Part shown: positions 31,510 to 41,300 of the stretch, piece after piece
How positions within the stretch are numbered: the first letter of the stretch is position 1
Layout of the letters: each line of letters opens with the position of its first letter
NCBI GenBank assembly: GCA_041660605.1
Contig: JBAZWB010000001.1
Location: 73,295-137,294, forward strand
DNA: 64,000 bases
Source of the DNA: Patescibacteria group bacterium
Lineage (GTDB): Bacteria > Patescibacteriota > Patescibacteriia > UBA10025 > JAHIVO01
Reading direction: 5' to 3'
Translations under genes and position numbers: made by a program
Notes under the pieces: generated by a model
Databases searched by the model: none
Told to the model about the DNA's origin: nothing
Seen by the model: the letters and a program-made list of their open reading frames with translations, nothing else

Positions 31510-32687
31510 ACCTTCTTAGTTCTTTTACTAATTATTATTTCTTTAATATTTTCTCCCAGCGCGCCGAGCACCCAGATAATGCCGATCAGGCCGGCAATCG
31601 GTCCGGCATAGGGCAGAGAGGTGATAATAAAAAAGAGAGTAGTGCCGGAGAGCATGGCCCAGATTAACTGAGTCGCCCGGTTTTCTTCGGGATTGTCTTT
31701 TTTTCCGAGACCGAGAATTTTCTGGCCAAGCATCGTGCCCACAAAAATGTGCGTGAGATAAATGATAATGAAGAACAAAATCATGGTAATAATCGACAAC
31801 GGTAAGCCGATGATTGTCGCCAAAACCACCAGTGAGGCAATCGGAATGCCGATCAAATATAGCAAACCCCACGACATTGTTTGAGCCGGTTTAGCGAGCA
31901 TAGTGCTGGTAATTTTTTTCGCAAAACCGCTGAAGAGGCTGATTATTATCGTACCGATCAACAGCAGCCCGAAGAGGCTCAGTAATTTGGAATAAATCCA
32001 GGTGTATGAGAGGAATTTCTGGTATTTAACAACGCTGGCTGGAGGAGACTTTTTAGTCGTTACGCCTTTAATGACTGAATTATCGTTTATTTGCGCGTTT
32101 TTTTCACCGTGATATTCCAGATTGCCTTTGATGTCAGCTTTCGAACCCAGCGTCAGCTGGCCTTGCTTCCAGAGAATGAAAGTGGCATTGTTGCCGACCG
32201 GTCCGTTCAATTCCGCACTGTTGGCGTAACCGTAAACGTTTCCGCCGGTGAAATTTTCAATATCAATTGAATCTGCCATAAATGACAGGGTCAAGGCAAC
32301 CGCAGCCTTGTTGGTCAGAGTAATCGTGGTTCCTGCCAGGGAGGCATTTTTTCCTATTTGTCCGCTGATAGTTACATCCTGCCCAACGACACGTACGTTA
32401 CCGTCAACCTGGCCATTGATATTTATGGCCAACCCGGCCGCAATAACATCGCCGGCGACATGGCCGCTGACCGTAATGTCATTACCGATAAGGATGGCAT
32501 CTCCGTTAACCTCGCCTTCAATTTTTATCTGGTCGCCCGTACGAAAGAAATTATCATTGATAATTTCTCCGTTTTTCAGCTCAATGTTTTTTGGTTGATC
32601 GTTAGTCTGAGCCTGCGCCACCGGGATGCATAATAATATGAACCCGGCGATTATTGACAGTAAAAAAAATAGGTTCTTTTTCCTCAT
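31506..32687 (-). CDS. Secreted beta-helix (bactofilin/polymer-forming-like) domain fused to multi-TM C-terminus
   Basis: Signal peptide from MRKKNLF; repeats G.V.GD...G..I.I; about 5 TM helices with TIIGLP. Confidence 0.75.
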   Translation of the reverse strand: MRKKNLFFLLSIIAGFILLCIPVAQAQTNDQPKNIELKNGEIINDNFFRTGDQIKIEGEVNGDAILIGNDITVSGHVAGDVIAAGLAININGQVDGNVRVVGQDVTISGQIGKNASLAGTTITLTNKAAVALTLSFMADSIDIENFTGGNVYGYANSAELNGPVGNNATFILWKQGQLTLGSKADIKGNLEYHGEKNAQINDNSVIKGVTTKKSPPASVVKYQKFLSYTWIYSKLLSLFGLLLIGTIIISLFSGFAKKITSTMLAKPAQTMSWGLLYLIGIPIASLVVLATIIGLPLSIITMILFFIIIYLTHIFVGTMLGQKILGLGKKDNPEENRATQLIWAMLSGTTLFFIITSLPYAGPIAGLIGIIWVLGALGENIKEIIISKRTKKV

Positions 32688-32746
32688 AGTTTTCCAAATT
32701 TTATAATTTAAAAGTATTGTAACTTTAACATTTTTAGCGGTTTTTT

Positions 32747-33466
32747 TCAAGGTTTTTCAGCAACTGTGATCAGGTTATATCCGCTATACCAATTGCTTCG
32801 CGTTTTTTTCGCCGTATAATACTGCCGGGCAATCTGAAAACCGTTTTTTTCCAGCAGCTTACGCAGCCCAGCCTGAGTGTAGGCGTGCAGGTAGCGTTCA
32901 GCTACGACCGCACCCGTCTCGTTCTTCCAGGGCTTCAGGATATCAAACCAGTCCAGCCGGTTGAGCCCGATCAGTTTTTTTACCATAAAAAAACTGTGCA
33001 GCGGCCACCAGCGCGGTTGCCAGAGGTTCCAGTTGGTCATCAGCAGGCAGCCGCCTTTTTTCAGCACGCGGTGAAATTCTTTGATAGTTTTTTCCCTCAG
33101 CTCTTTGCCCGGGATATGATGCAGGGTGGCGATGCAAAAGACCGCATTGAATTTATTATCCGGAAAGGGTAGATTAGTTATATCGCCGGCCAGGAAGGTC
33201 TGGTTGGGATGCTGCGCCTTGGCAATCGCCACCAGTCTGGGGCTGATATCTATGCCGGTATAAGAAATATTTTTTTGTTCCAGCATCTGCAGCAGACGGC
33301 CGTTGCCGCAGCCCGCGTCCAGGACGGAGTCGCCGCTTGCCACGTATTTGTTAAAAAAGTATAATTCCGACCACAGATATTTGCGGGTGTCAGAAAATTT
33401 CTTTACGATAATATTGTAGGCCGCCCGATTTTTATCAATTAATTTTTTCGCTTGTTCAAGCTTCAT
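32747..33466 (-). CDS. Class I SAM methyltransferase, Trm9/ALKBH8-like
   Basis: Y..I...FSDTR...W, LDAGCGNGR, IATLHHI, RVLKKGG..LMTNW, RYLHAY; divergent from elp3. Confidence 0.75.
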   Translation of the reverse strand: MKLEQAKKLIDKNRAAYNIIVKKFSDTRKYLWSELYFFNKYVASGDSVLDAGCGNGRLLQMLEQKNISYTGIDISPRLVAIAKAQHPNQTFLAGDITNLPFPDNKFNAVFCIATLHHIPGKELREKTIKEFHRVLKKGGCLLMTNWNLWQPRWWPLHSFFMVKKLIGLNRLDWFDILKPWKNETGAVVAERYLHAYTQAGLRKLLEKNGFQIARQYYTAKKTRSNWYSGYNLITVAEKP

Positions 33467-35020
33467 ATGGATAAAAAAGATTTTAAAAAATATATTCGCG
33501 ATTTCGTTAAACTGCGGTTGAGGAGCCCTGCCGATTTGCGCCAGGCGAAAAGGATATTAGCCAAGAAATACGGTTCCACCATCCTGTCTAATGCCCTTAT
33601 TTTAGGGGAATATCGGCGGTTTTACAAGGGAAAAACCAGTCAGGCGCTGGTCAGGTTATTGCGAAAAAGGGAGATTCGTACGCTCTCCGGCATCGCGCCG
33701 GTCACCGTGCTGACCAAGCCGTATCCCTGCCCGGGCCGATGTATTTACTGTCCGGCGCCGCTGGGCATGCCAAAGAGTTACATCGCCTCAGAGCCGGCGG
33801 CCCAACGCGCTTTCAGTTTGAAATTTGATCCTTACCAGCAGGTGAAAACCAGGATCCAGGTGCTGGAGGCTAACGGCCATGATGTTGAAAAAATTGAATT
33901 AATCGTGTTGGGCGGCACCTGGTCTTTTTACCCGCAGACATATCGCGAGTGGTTTATCAAAAGATGTTTTGAGGCGGCCAACGGTAAAAAATCCGTCTCT
34001 TTGTTGTCAGCCCAAAAAATCAATGAGACGGCTAAGCATCGGATAATTGGCTTGTCATTAGAAACCCGGCCGGATTTTATTATGCCGGAAGAATTGCAGA
34101 ATATGAGGAAATTAGGGTGTACGCACGTGCAGATCGGCATTCAGTCAGTTCATCAGGAGGTTCTGGATTTTGTCAGGCGGAACGATACTCTGGAAAATAT
34201 GGCGCGGGCCACGGCCCTGCTGCGCGATTATGGTTTTAAAATAACTTATCACCTGATGCCCGGTCTGCCCGGTTCAACGCCGGCCAAGGATTTGGCGGTG
34301 TTCAGGGAGGTTTTCTCCGACCCGCGCTGGCAGCCGGATATGCTGAAAATCTATCCTTGCGTGGTGGTAAAAAATTCGGTGCTTTACCGGTGGTATAAAA
34401 AAGGCAAATACCATCCATATTCCGATAAGACGTTAATTAAGTTAATAACGCGGATAAAGTCAGTTGTTCCGCCGTACGTGCGCATCAATCGTCTGGTCCG
34501 CGATATTCCCGGTCCGGATATTGTCGCCGGTAATTTAAAAACTAACCTGCGGCAGTTATTGCAAAACCAGGGCGTTAAATGCCGCTGCATCCGTTGCCGC
34601 GAGGTCAGGCAGGAAATTAACAGCTATGAACGTATGTATTTAATAAACAGGCAATACCGGGCTGGCCAGGGTCGGGAATATTTCTTAAGTTTTGAGAATG
34701 AAAACAAGAAAAAGCTATATGCTTTTTTGCGCCTGCGATTGCCGGACAAGAAAAGAGTTTTAAACGAAGAAACGCCGTTTGATAGTATGACCGCAGTTAT
34801 CCGCGAATTGCATACTTACGGAGAACTGGTGCCGGTCGGGGAAAAAGGCAAGGCCGTGCAGCACCTGGGTTTAGGCAAGCGCCTGATGATTGAAGCGGAG
34901 AAGTTAGCCCAATCAAAGGGTTATAAAAAAATGGCGGTGATTTCCGGCGTCGGCGTGAGGGGGTATTATAGGAAGATTGGATACAAATTGCGGGAGACGT
35001 ATATGATTAAAGATTTGTAA
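33467..35020 (+). CDS. elp3: Elp3-family tRNA U34 carboxymethyltransferase (radical SAM + GNAT)
   Basis: RTLSG, CPGRCIYCP, GGTW, ETRPD, KIYPC, CRCIRCRE, RELHTYG, QHLGLG, ISGVGVRGYY; start set to ATG 33467. Confidence 0.95.
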   Translation: MDKKDFKKYIRDFVKLRLRSPADLRQAKRILAKKYGSTILSNALILGEYRRFYKGKTSQALVRLLRKREIRTLSGIAPVTVLTKPYPCPGRCIYCPAPLGMPKSYIASEPAAQRAFSLKFDPYQQVKTRIQVLEANGHDVEKIELIVLGGTWSFYPQTYREWFIKRCFEAANGKKSVSLLSAQKINETAKHRIIGLSLETRPDFIMPEELQNMRKLGCTHVQIGIQSVHQEVLDFVRRNDTLENMARATALLRDYGFKITYHLMPGLPGSTPAKDLAVFREVFSDPRWQPDMLKIYPCVVVKNSVLYRWYKKGKYHPYSDKTLIKLITRIKSVVPPYVRINRLVRDIPGPDIVAGNLKTNLRQLLQNQGVKCRCIRCREVRQEINSYERMYLINRQYRAGQGREYFLSFENENKKKLYAFLRLRLPDKKRVLNEETPFDSMTAVIRELHTYGELVPVGEKGKAVQHLGLGKRLMIEAEKLAQSKGYKKMAVISGVGVRGYYRKIGYKLRETYMIKDL

Positions 35021-35034
35021 TCGGATGATTTATC

Positions 35035-35191
35035 TGTCATTCTGAGGAGTCCCGCTGAAGGCGGGATGACGTAAGAATCTCCTGACCTTCGGTCAGGGGA
35101 CTCTTCGCTGCACTTCGTGGAACCTGCCCTGCCTTCGGCCCTGAGGGGCTCAGTCCCGATGGGGAGCGTAGCCGAAGGGCTCAGAGTGACG
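35035..35191. mobile_element. Nested palindromic MITE/REP-like element
   Basis: Outer IR gtcattctgag/ctcagagtgac enclosing several GC-rich hairpins; no ORF. Confidence 0.6.
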
Positions 35192-35215
35192 GAGTAGCGC
35201 GGCGTGGCCATTGAT

Positions 35216-35244
35216 CCCGTTAGAAATTAGTATTTCTAAACGGG
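35216..35244. repeat. Palindrome cccgttagaaat...atttctaaacggg
   Basis: Near-perfect inverted repeat abutting the -35 of the next promoter. Confidence 0.6.
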
Positions 35245-35245
35245 G

Positions 35246-35273
35246 TTGACAAAAACACTAAACAGTCTATAAT
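35246..35273 (+). promoter_or_regulatory. Consensus sigma70 promoter
   Basis: TTGACA-16bp-TATAAT. Confidence 0.8.
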
Positions 35274-35307
35274 AACCTGAATTGAACATTTTTTTAGGAG
35301 GTATTAT

Positions 35308-35481
35308 ATGGCCAAAGATAGCAAAGGCCAAATTGAAAACAGGAAAGCAGTTGATGCCAATTTAGCTAAACGAGGCATTCCACCGATTGATACCTTGACC
35401 AATCCAGACAATATATTGAAGGGTATATTTGGTGATCGCCGCAAGACGCATGAATTATTAAGGGATGTACGTGGCCGATGA
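35308..35481 (+). CDS. Small protein (57 aa), not in ORF track
   Basis: AGGAGG SD 6 nt before ATG; MAKDSKGQIENRKAVDANLAKRGIPPIDTLTNPDNILKGIFGDRRKTHELLRDVRGR*; own promoter and terminator. Confidence 0.75.
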   Translation: MAKDSKGQIENRKAVDANLAKRGIPPIDTLTNPDNILKGIFGDRRKTHELLRDVRGR

Positions 35482-35500
35482 TATTTCATCGCCAAAAGCT

Positions 35501-35534
35501 AGACCCGTTGGTGTTCGCACTGACGGGTTTTTTT
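35501..35534 (+). terminator. Rho-independent terminator
   Basis: acccgttggtg-ttcg-cactgacgggt followed by T-run. Confidence 0.85.
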
Positions 35535-35580
35535 ATTGCAGAAAATCAGTTATAATAATTAGACTTAATTTAGCCAAAAT

Positions 35581-38145
35581 ATGGTAAACAATTACCAGCC
35601 TAACATTAGTGATGGCCTGAGTGGCTTGACTGCCCAGGAGGCTGAAAAACGCCAGCAAAACGAGGGCTTTAACGAACTTCAATCGCAGAAAAGGCAGTCT
35701 GTATTCAGGATTTTCATAGAAGTAGTACGCGAACCAATGCTGATGCTTTTAATAGCCATTGGCGTGATTTATCTTTTTCTCGGCGAATTGCGCGACGCCT
35801 TGGTGCTCCTTTTATTTGTCATGGTAGTGCTGGGCATAACTTTTTTCCAGAAAAGAAAAACCGAAAGAGCGCTGGAGGCATTGCGGAATTTATCCAGCCC
35901 GCGTGCGCTGGTAGTGCGCGACGGCCAGCAGGTCCGTATTTCCGGCCGGGAGGTGGTGCGCGGTGATATTTACATCATCAGCGAAGGCGATCGCGTGCCG
36001 GCGGATGGGTCAGTAATCAGTTCCAATAATTTATTAATAGACGAATCCTTACTGACCGGAGAATCCCTGCCGGTCAGAAAATCGGAGTGGGACAGGAAGG
36101 CTATTGCCAAACAGCCGGGCGGCGATGACCAGCCATTCGTCTATAGCGGCACGATGGTGGTGCAGGGCACCGGCGTGGTGCTGACCACAGCCATTGGCAT
36201 TAAAACTGAAATGGGAAAAATTGGCGCCGCCATCAATGAGATCAAAGAAGAGGATACGTTGCTGCAAAAAGAAACCCGCCAGCTGGTCAAGAATTTCGCG
36301 TTGGTCGGCATCAATCTTTGCCTGATAGTTGTCTTGATATATGGTTTGGTCCACTCCATGTGGCTGAAGGGTCTGCTGTCAGGTTTAACGCTTGGTATGG
36401 CTATACTGCCCGAGGAGTTTTCGGTCGTGTTGGTCATATTCATGGCTCTGGGCGCCTGGAGGATTTCCAAGAGCCGGGTACTGACGCGCCGCATGCCGTC
36501 AATAGAAACTCTGGGGGCAACTTCAGTGTTATGCGTGGACAAAACCGGCACTTTGACGCAGAATCGTATGACCCTGGAGACAGTATTTGTCGCCGGCAGT
36601 CTGGGCGAAATTACCAAGGAGACAGACAGCATGCCGGATAAGTTTCACCCTTTGCTGGAATATGCTTTACTGGCCAGCCAGGCGGATCCTTTTGACCCGA
36701 TAGAAAAGGCAATCCAGAGAAGCGCTGGTAAAATATTAGCCAGTACCGAGCATCTGCATCCCCAGTGGAATCTGGTCAGGGAGTACCCGCTTTCCAAGGA
36801 ATTACTGGCGATTTCCCGTGTCTGGGTTTCGCCGGATCAGTCGCATTATGTGGTTGCGGCAAAAGGCGCGCCAGAAGCTATCCTGGATTTATGTCATGTC
36901 AGCCAGGAGCAACATGGCAAAGTAAAAAAAATAATAGATATGCTGGCTGACCGGGGATTGCGCCTGATCGGCGTGGCGCGGGCAGTTTTTGAAAGAGAGT
37001 CGCTGCCTTCGGTCCAGCATGATTTTAATTTTGAATTTATCGGCCTCTTGGGCTTTGCCGATCCGGTCAGAGAAACAGTCGCGAACGCCCTGGAAGAAGC
37101 CTATACCGCCGGTATGCGGGTAATAATGATTACTGGAGATTATCCTGGCACAGCCAGGTATATAGCAAAAGAGGTGGGGCTTCACAGTCCGGAAAAATTT
37201 TTAAATGGCTCGGACATTGCCTCTATGTCCGAAGTTAATTTAAGAGAGAAGATCAGGGATGTGAATATTTTCAGCCGAATGGTGCCGGAACAGAAGCTGA
37301 GCATTGTCAAAGCCCTGAAAGCCAATGGCGAAGTAGTCGCCATGACCGGAGACGGAGTCAACGACGCGCCGGCTTTAAAATCCGCCCATGTGGGCATCGC
37401 CATGGGCCAGCGCGGTACGGATGTGGCACGGGAAGCGGCCGCCCTGGTTTTGCTTGATGATGATTTTTCCTCTATCGTGCGGGCCGTACGCCTGGGACGG
37501 CGGATTTTTGATAATCTGAAAAAATCCATGTCTTATATCCTGGCAGTGCATGTGCCGATTGCCGGCATCGCTTTTCTGCCGGTGGTCTTTAATCTCCCTG
37601 TTGTTCTATTGCCGGTGCACATAGCTTTCCTGGAGCTGATAATCGATCCTGCCTGCTCGGTGGTTTTTGAAAATGATCCGGAAGAAAAAGATATTATGAA
37701 GCGGCCGCCGCGCTCTTTACGCGAACCGATTTTAAGCAGAAAATCCCTGCTAAATGGTTTTCTTCAGGGCGCCAGCGTTTTAGTCGTCACTTTTGCCGTT
37801 TATTTGATAACTTATTTTACCGGCCAAGGGGAGAATGAAGCGCGCACGCTGACTTTTGTTACCCTGGTAGTGGCAAATTTATTGCTTATCGTCAGTAATT
37901 TGTCATGGACCAAAAGCTTTTTCTCGATATTAAAAATAAGAAATACAACCCTTTGGATTGTTTTAGGCGGGGCGGTTACTGTTTTAGCTTTAATAATAAG
38001 CCTTTCTTTTCTAAGGAATCTTTTTCACCTGAGCGTTTTTCGCCTGGATGACATCTTAATCGTGTTGACTGCCGGGCTTGTCAGCGTGCTGTGGTTTGAG
38101 CTGCTGAAAAAATTCCGCCGCCGAAGATTAATTGTGGCTAATTAA
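35581..38145 (+). CDS. Cation-translocating P-type ATPase (P2-type)
   Basis: LTGES, PEE, DKTGTLT, KGAPE, TGD, GDGVNDAPALK. Confidence 0.95.
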   Translation: MVNNYQPNISDGLSGLTAQEAEKRQQNEGFNELQSQKRQSVFRIFIEVVREPMLMLLIAIGVIYLFLGELRDALVLLLFVMVVLGITFFQKRKTERALEALRNLSSPRALVVRDGQQVRISGREVVRGDIYIISEGDRVPADGSVISSNNLLIDESLLTGESLPVRKSEWDRKAIAKQPGGDDQPFVYSGTMVVQGTGVVLTTAIGIKTEMGKIGAAINEIKEEDTLLQKETRQLVKNFALVGINLCLIVVLIYGLVHSMWLKGLLSGLTLGMAILPEEFSVVLVIFMALGAWRISKSRVLTRRMPSIETLGATSVLCVDKTGTLTQNRMTLETVFVAGSLGEITKETDSMPDKFHPLLEYALLASQADPFDPIEKAIQRSAGKILASTEHLHPQWNLVREYPLSKELLAISRVWVSPDQSHYVVAAKGAPEAILDLCHVSQEQHGKVKKIIDMLADRGLRLIGVARAVFERESLPSVQHDFNFEFIGLLGFADPVRETVANALEEAYTAGMRVIMITGDYPGTARYIAKEVGLHSPEKFLNGSDIASMSEVNLREKIRDVNIFSRMVPEQKLSIVKALKANGEVVAMTGDGVNDAPALKSAHVGIAMGQRGTDVAREAAALVLLDDDFSSIVRAVRLGRRIFDNLKKSMSYILAVHVPIAGIAFLPVVFNLPVVLLPVHIAFLELIIDPACSVVFENDPEEKDIMKRPPRSLREPILSRKSLLNGFLQGASVLVVTFAVYLITYFTGQGENEARTLTFVTLVVANLLLIVSNLSWTKSFFSILKIRNTTLWIVLGGAVTVLALIISLSFLRNLFHLSVFRLDDILIVLTAGLVSVLWFELLKKFRRRRLIVAN

Positions 38146-38324
38146 AATTTTAATAGTTAATACTGATATAAGGGATTTTCGGTAGTTTTATACTTAATAA
38201 AAAAGAAGAAAGTCACAATAACAATTGAAAAAGTAATGATTTGATTTTTTTGCCAATTTATGCTAAAATATATGTGTTAAATAAAAAAATAATGCTTTAA
38301 AAAGCAATTTTTTTAGTTATTAAT

Positions 38325-41300
38325 TTGCAGCAATATTTTTGGCCTAAAAAACCGGTGTCCAAACTGAAAAAAATCAAAAATAATAAAAAATTAGCAAAAA
38401 ATCGCGGTATATATAACCGCCAATTTCACATTGAACGTCCAAGACCGACACGGCTTGGCGTATTTTTTGAAAAACTGAGGCAAAAACTTCGCCTGTATAA
38501 ACCGGTAATAGTGGTTTTATTGGTACTGTTTTTTGGCGCTTTATCATCATTTTTATATGATAAGTTTGCTTTAGCTGATTCAGACCATCTAACGCTCACC
38601 TCTGAGACTGATTGGCAGGCCGGAGAATACTATCCAAATCAATTAAGCATGCCAGTTGTAGATCAGGGTACGGGAGACGCCTCGCTACAGATGGCCGCTG
38701 GCGGAGTCGGATCATTTGATCCGGCCACCATCGCTTTCCCGGAACAAACACGCGGGCGCTTTGATTTAGCCCAGGAGCCGACAGATTATGGCGCTGACCT
38801 GACTACGGACGGCACTTATTTGTACATGATCATCGGCGGGAAACAGCCGGATTTTTTCCGCTATAATCCCGAAACAAACACCTGGAAAACGCTAGCCGAT
38901 GCACCGACGAGTTTTGACTATGGTTCGGCTATCACCTATTATGACGGCTTTATTTACGCTATTGTTTCCCATCATGACGGCACATACTCTACTGATGATT
39001 CAGCGCATCTATTGAAATATGATATTTTGAATGACACCTGGTCGTGGCTGGAGGACGCGCTCGGACCATGGGGCCGTGGAGCTGATATTGAAGCGGCCAG
39101 CAACGGCAAATTGTACGCTGTTGAAGGCGAAGGTGAAATGGCGTTTTGGGTGTTTGATACCGCCACTGGGCACTGGTCAAATACTATACAGCAGTCACCG
39201 GATCTGATGCCTACTTATAGCGTGCATTCACTGGTTTTTTCCGACGTCTCTGTAGGAGCTGATCCAGTCTATTGCGAAGGCGGTTGCATCTACGCGCTGG
39301 TCGCCAACAGCCGGCAATTCAACCGCTATGATATAGGACGCAACGAATGGACAACGGGATTCAATGACGTACCAGCGGCGATTGGGAATTTTACGACTGG
39401 AGGCGCGGTGGGGTTTGATTCAACCAATGATGACATATATATTTTTCGCGGCGGGTCAATTACCGGTGGCGTTGACGGGGTTTTCGTTCGTTATGATATC
39501 GGCAGTCCGGGTACCTGGGATGTGGCGCAAACCACCACCCAAAATCCCCGACGCACTACTAATTACGGAGCATCCCTGGTTTATTTAGATGGTTATATTT
39601 ATTCTACCTGGGGCGGCGCTTTGCCTGGCATCGGACGATTTACTGTCGGCAATGGTACTAACGGGTCTTGGGATTCCATTGATTCACAGATTGCCATGGG
39701 CACCAATGCCGACGGGCTGATAGTTTACGTTGACGGCGGTACGGCCGATTGCGCCGATGCCTCCGGTTGTTTATTTGTCGCCCAGGGCGGTGGTACGGCT
39801 TTCCGCCGTTACGATATCAGTACGCGCGCCTGGACGGCCGCCTCCGGAGCCGGATCATTGACAACCATAACTGCCGCGCTCGGACAAGGCGCGTCTATGT
39901 GCTATGACGGCAGTAATAATATTTATATTGCCCGCGGTGGAGCGCAGAATCAGGTGTATGAGTACAGCATCAGCGGTAACGCGCATACAACATTAAGCAT
40001 TCCCGCTGCTGCCGTGGCTGACGAGGGCGCATCAATAACCTGTTTTGGAAATGGCAATTTTTATTTATTGTCCGGAAATAATTCACAAAACATATATCAT
40101 TATTGCGATGATGGAGCGGATCCGGCAGACCCAGCTTGTGATGGCTGGCAGACAAATGAGACAATTCCGTCTTTGGCAGTATTCTGGGGTGGTGCCCTGG
40201 CTAACGATGGTACCTATGTATATGCCCTGGCCGGCAACCAGCGCGGTAATTTTCACCGTTATGAACCTGGCGCAGATACCTGGGCCTCTTATCCTACTAT
40301 TCCTGATATGCCGACAGCCAGTTATTATACGACTACCATGGAATTCGACGGTGATGACGCGTTGTACGTTATCCCTGGGCAGTACGATAAGACGATGTGG
40401 CGATATGACATTACTGGCCAGGCGTGGTCACGGGCGGTAGATTTGCCTCACCGATTCGGATACAGCCATGGCCTGGCGCTGGATAATGATAATGACCTTA
40501 TTTACGTCCTTAGCGGTGGTGCGCCCAATACTAGTTCCACGACAATTTATAAATTTAACACTGAATCGCATGATTATATCCCTACTGCCACCTGGATTTC
40601 CGAGCCTTTGGACCTGGATTTTGTCAGCGCCTGGGAAACTTTTTCCGCCACCCATCCGACTGACGGGACAAGCAGCATTTCTTTTGACATCCGATCCAGC
40701 GACGATGGAGTTTCCTGGACTGATTGGGAAAATATTGTCAATGCTTCACAAGCGGAGAGCACGAACAGCCTGAATATTTCCGCCATCAGCACGCCAGAGA
40801 ACCGTTACGCCCAGATCCGGGTTACTTTAACTTCAGATAATACCAATACTCCTGCATTGGAAGATATTTCATTATATTATACGAAAGACAGCACTGATCC
40901 GGCCAATCCTGCGGCCGCAGGTTATGATACGTCAGATAAAGTGACTACGCTGGCCAGCGGGACTACTTATTTTTATTCAAATCCGTATTTTGAGTTGTCT
41001 GGGGCGACGGATACAGGCGGCTCAGGAGTAGTTGGCTATTATGTCGCCTTAGTCACTGCCGCTGACTCTGCCTTTGACCCGTCCACCAGCGAAGATTATT
41101 ACCAAACCGGCGCAACCTACCAGACAACAGCTGACCGTAACGGTAATTCCATTGTAGACGGCACGTACTATTTGAAGGTCGCCACGAAAGATCGGGCCGG
41201 CAATATCTCCAGCGCGCAAAGCCTATTTACCTACGTTTATAACGGCATTGATGCGGCGGCAACAAAAGTCTGGACTGATAAAGCCAGTTTTGAGGAAAGC

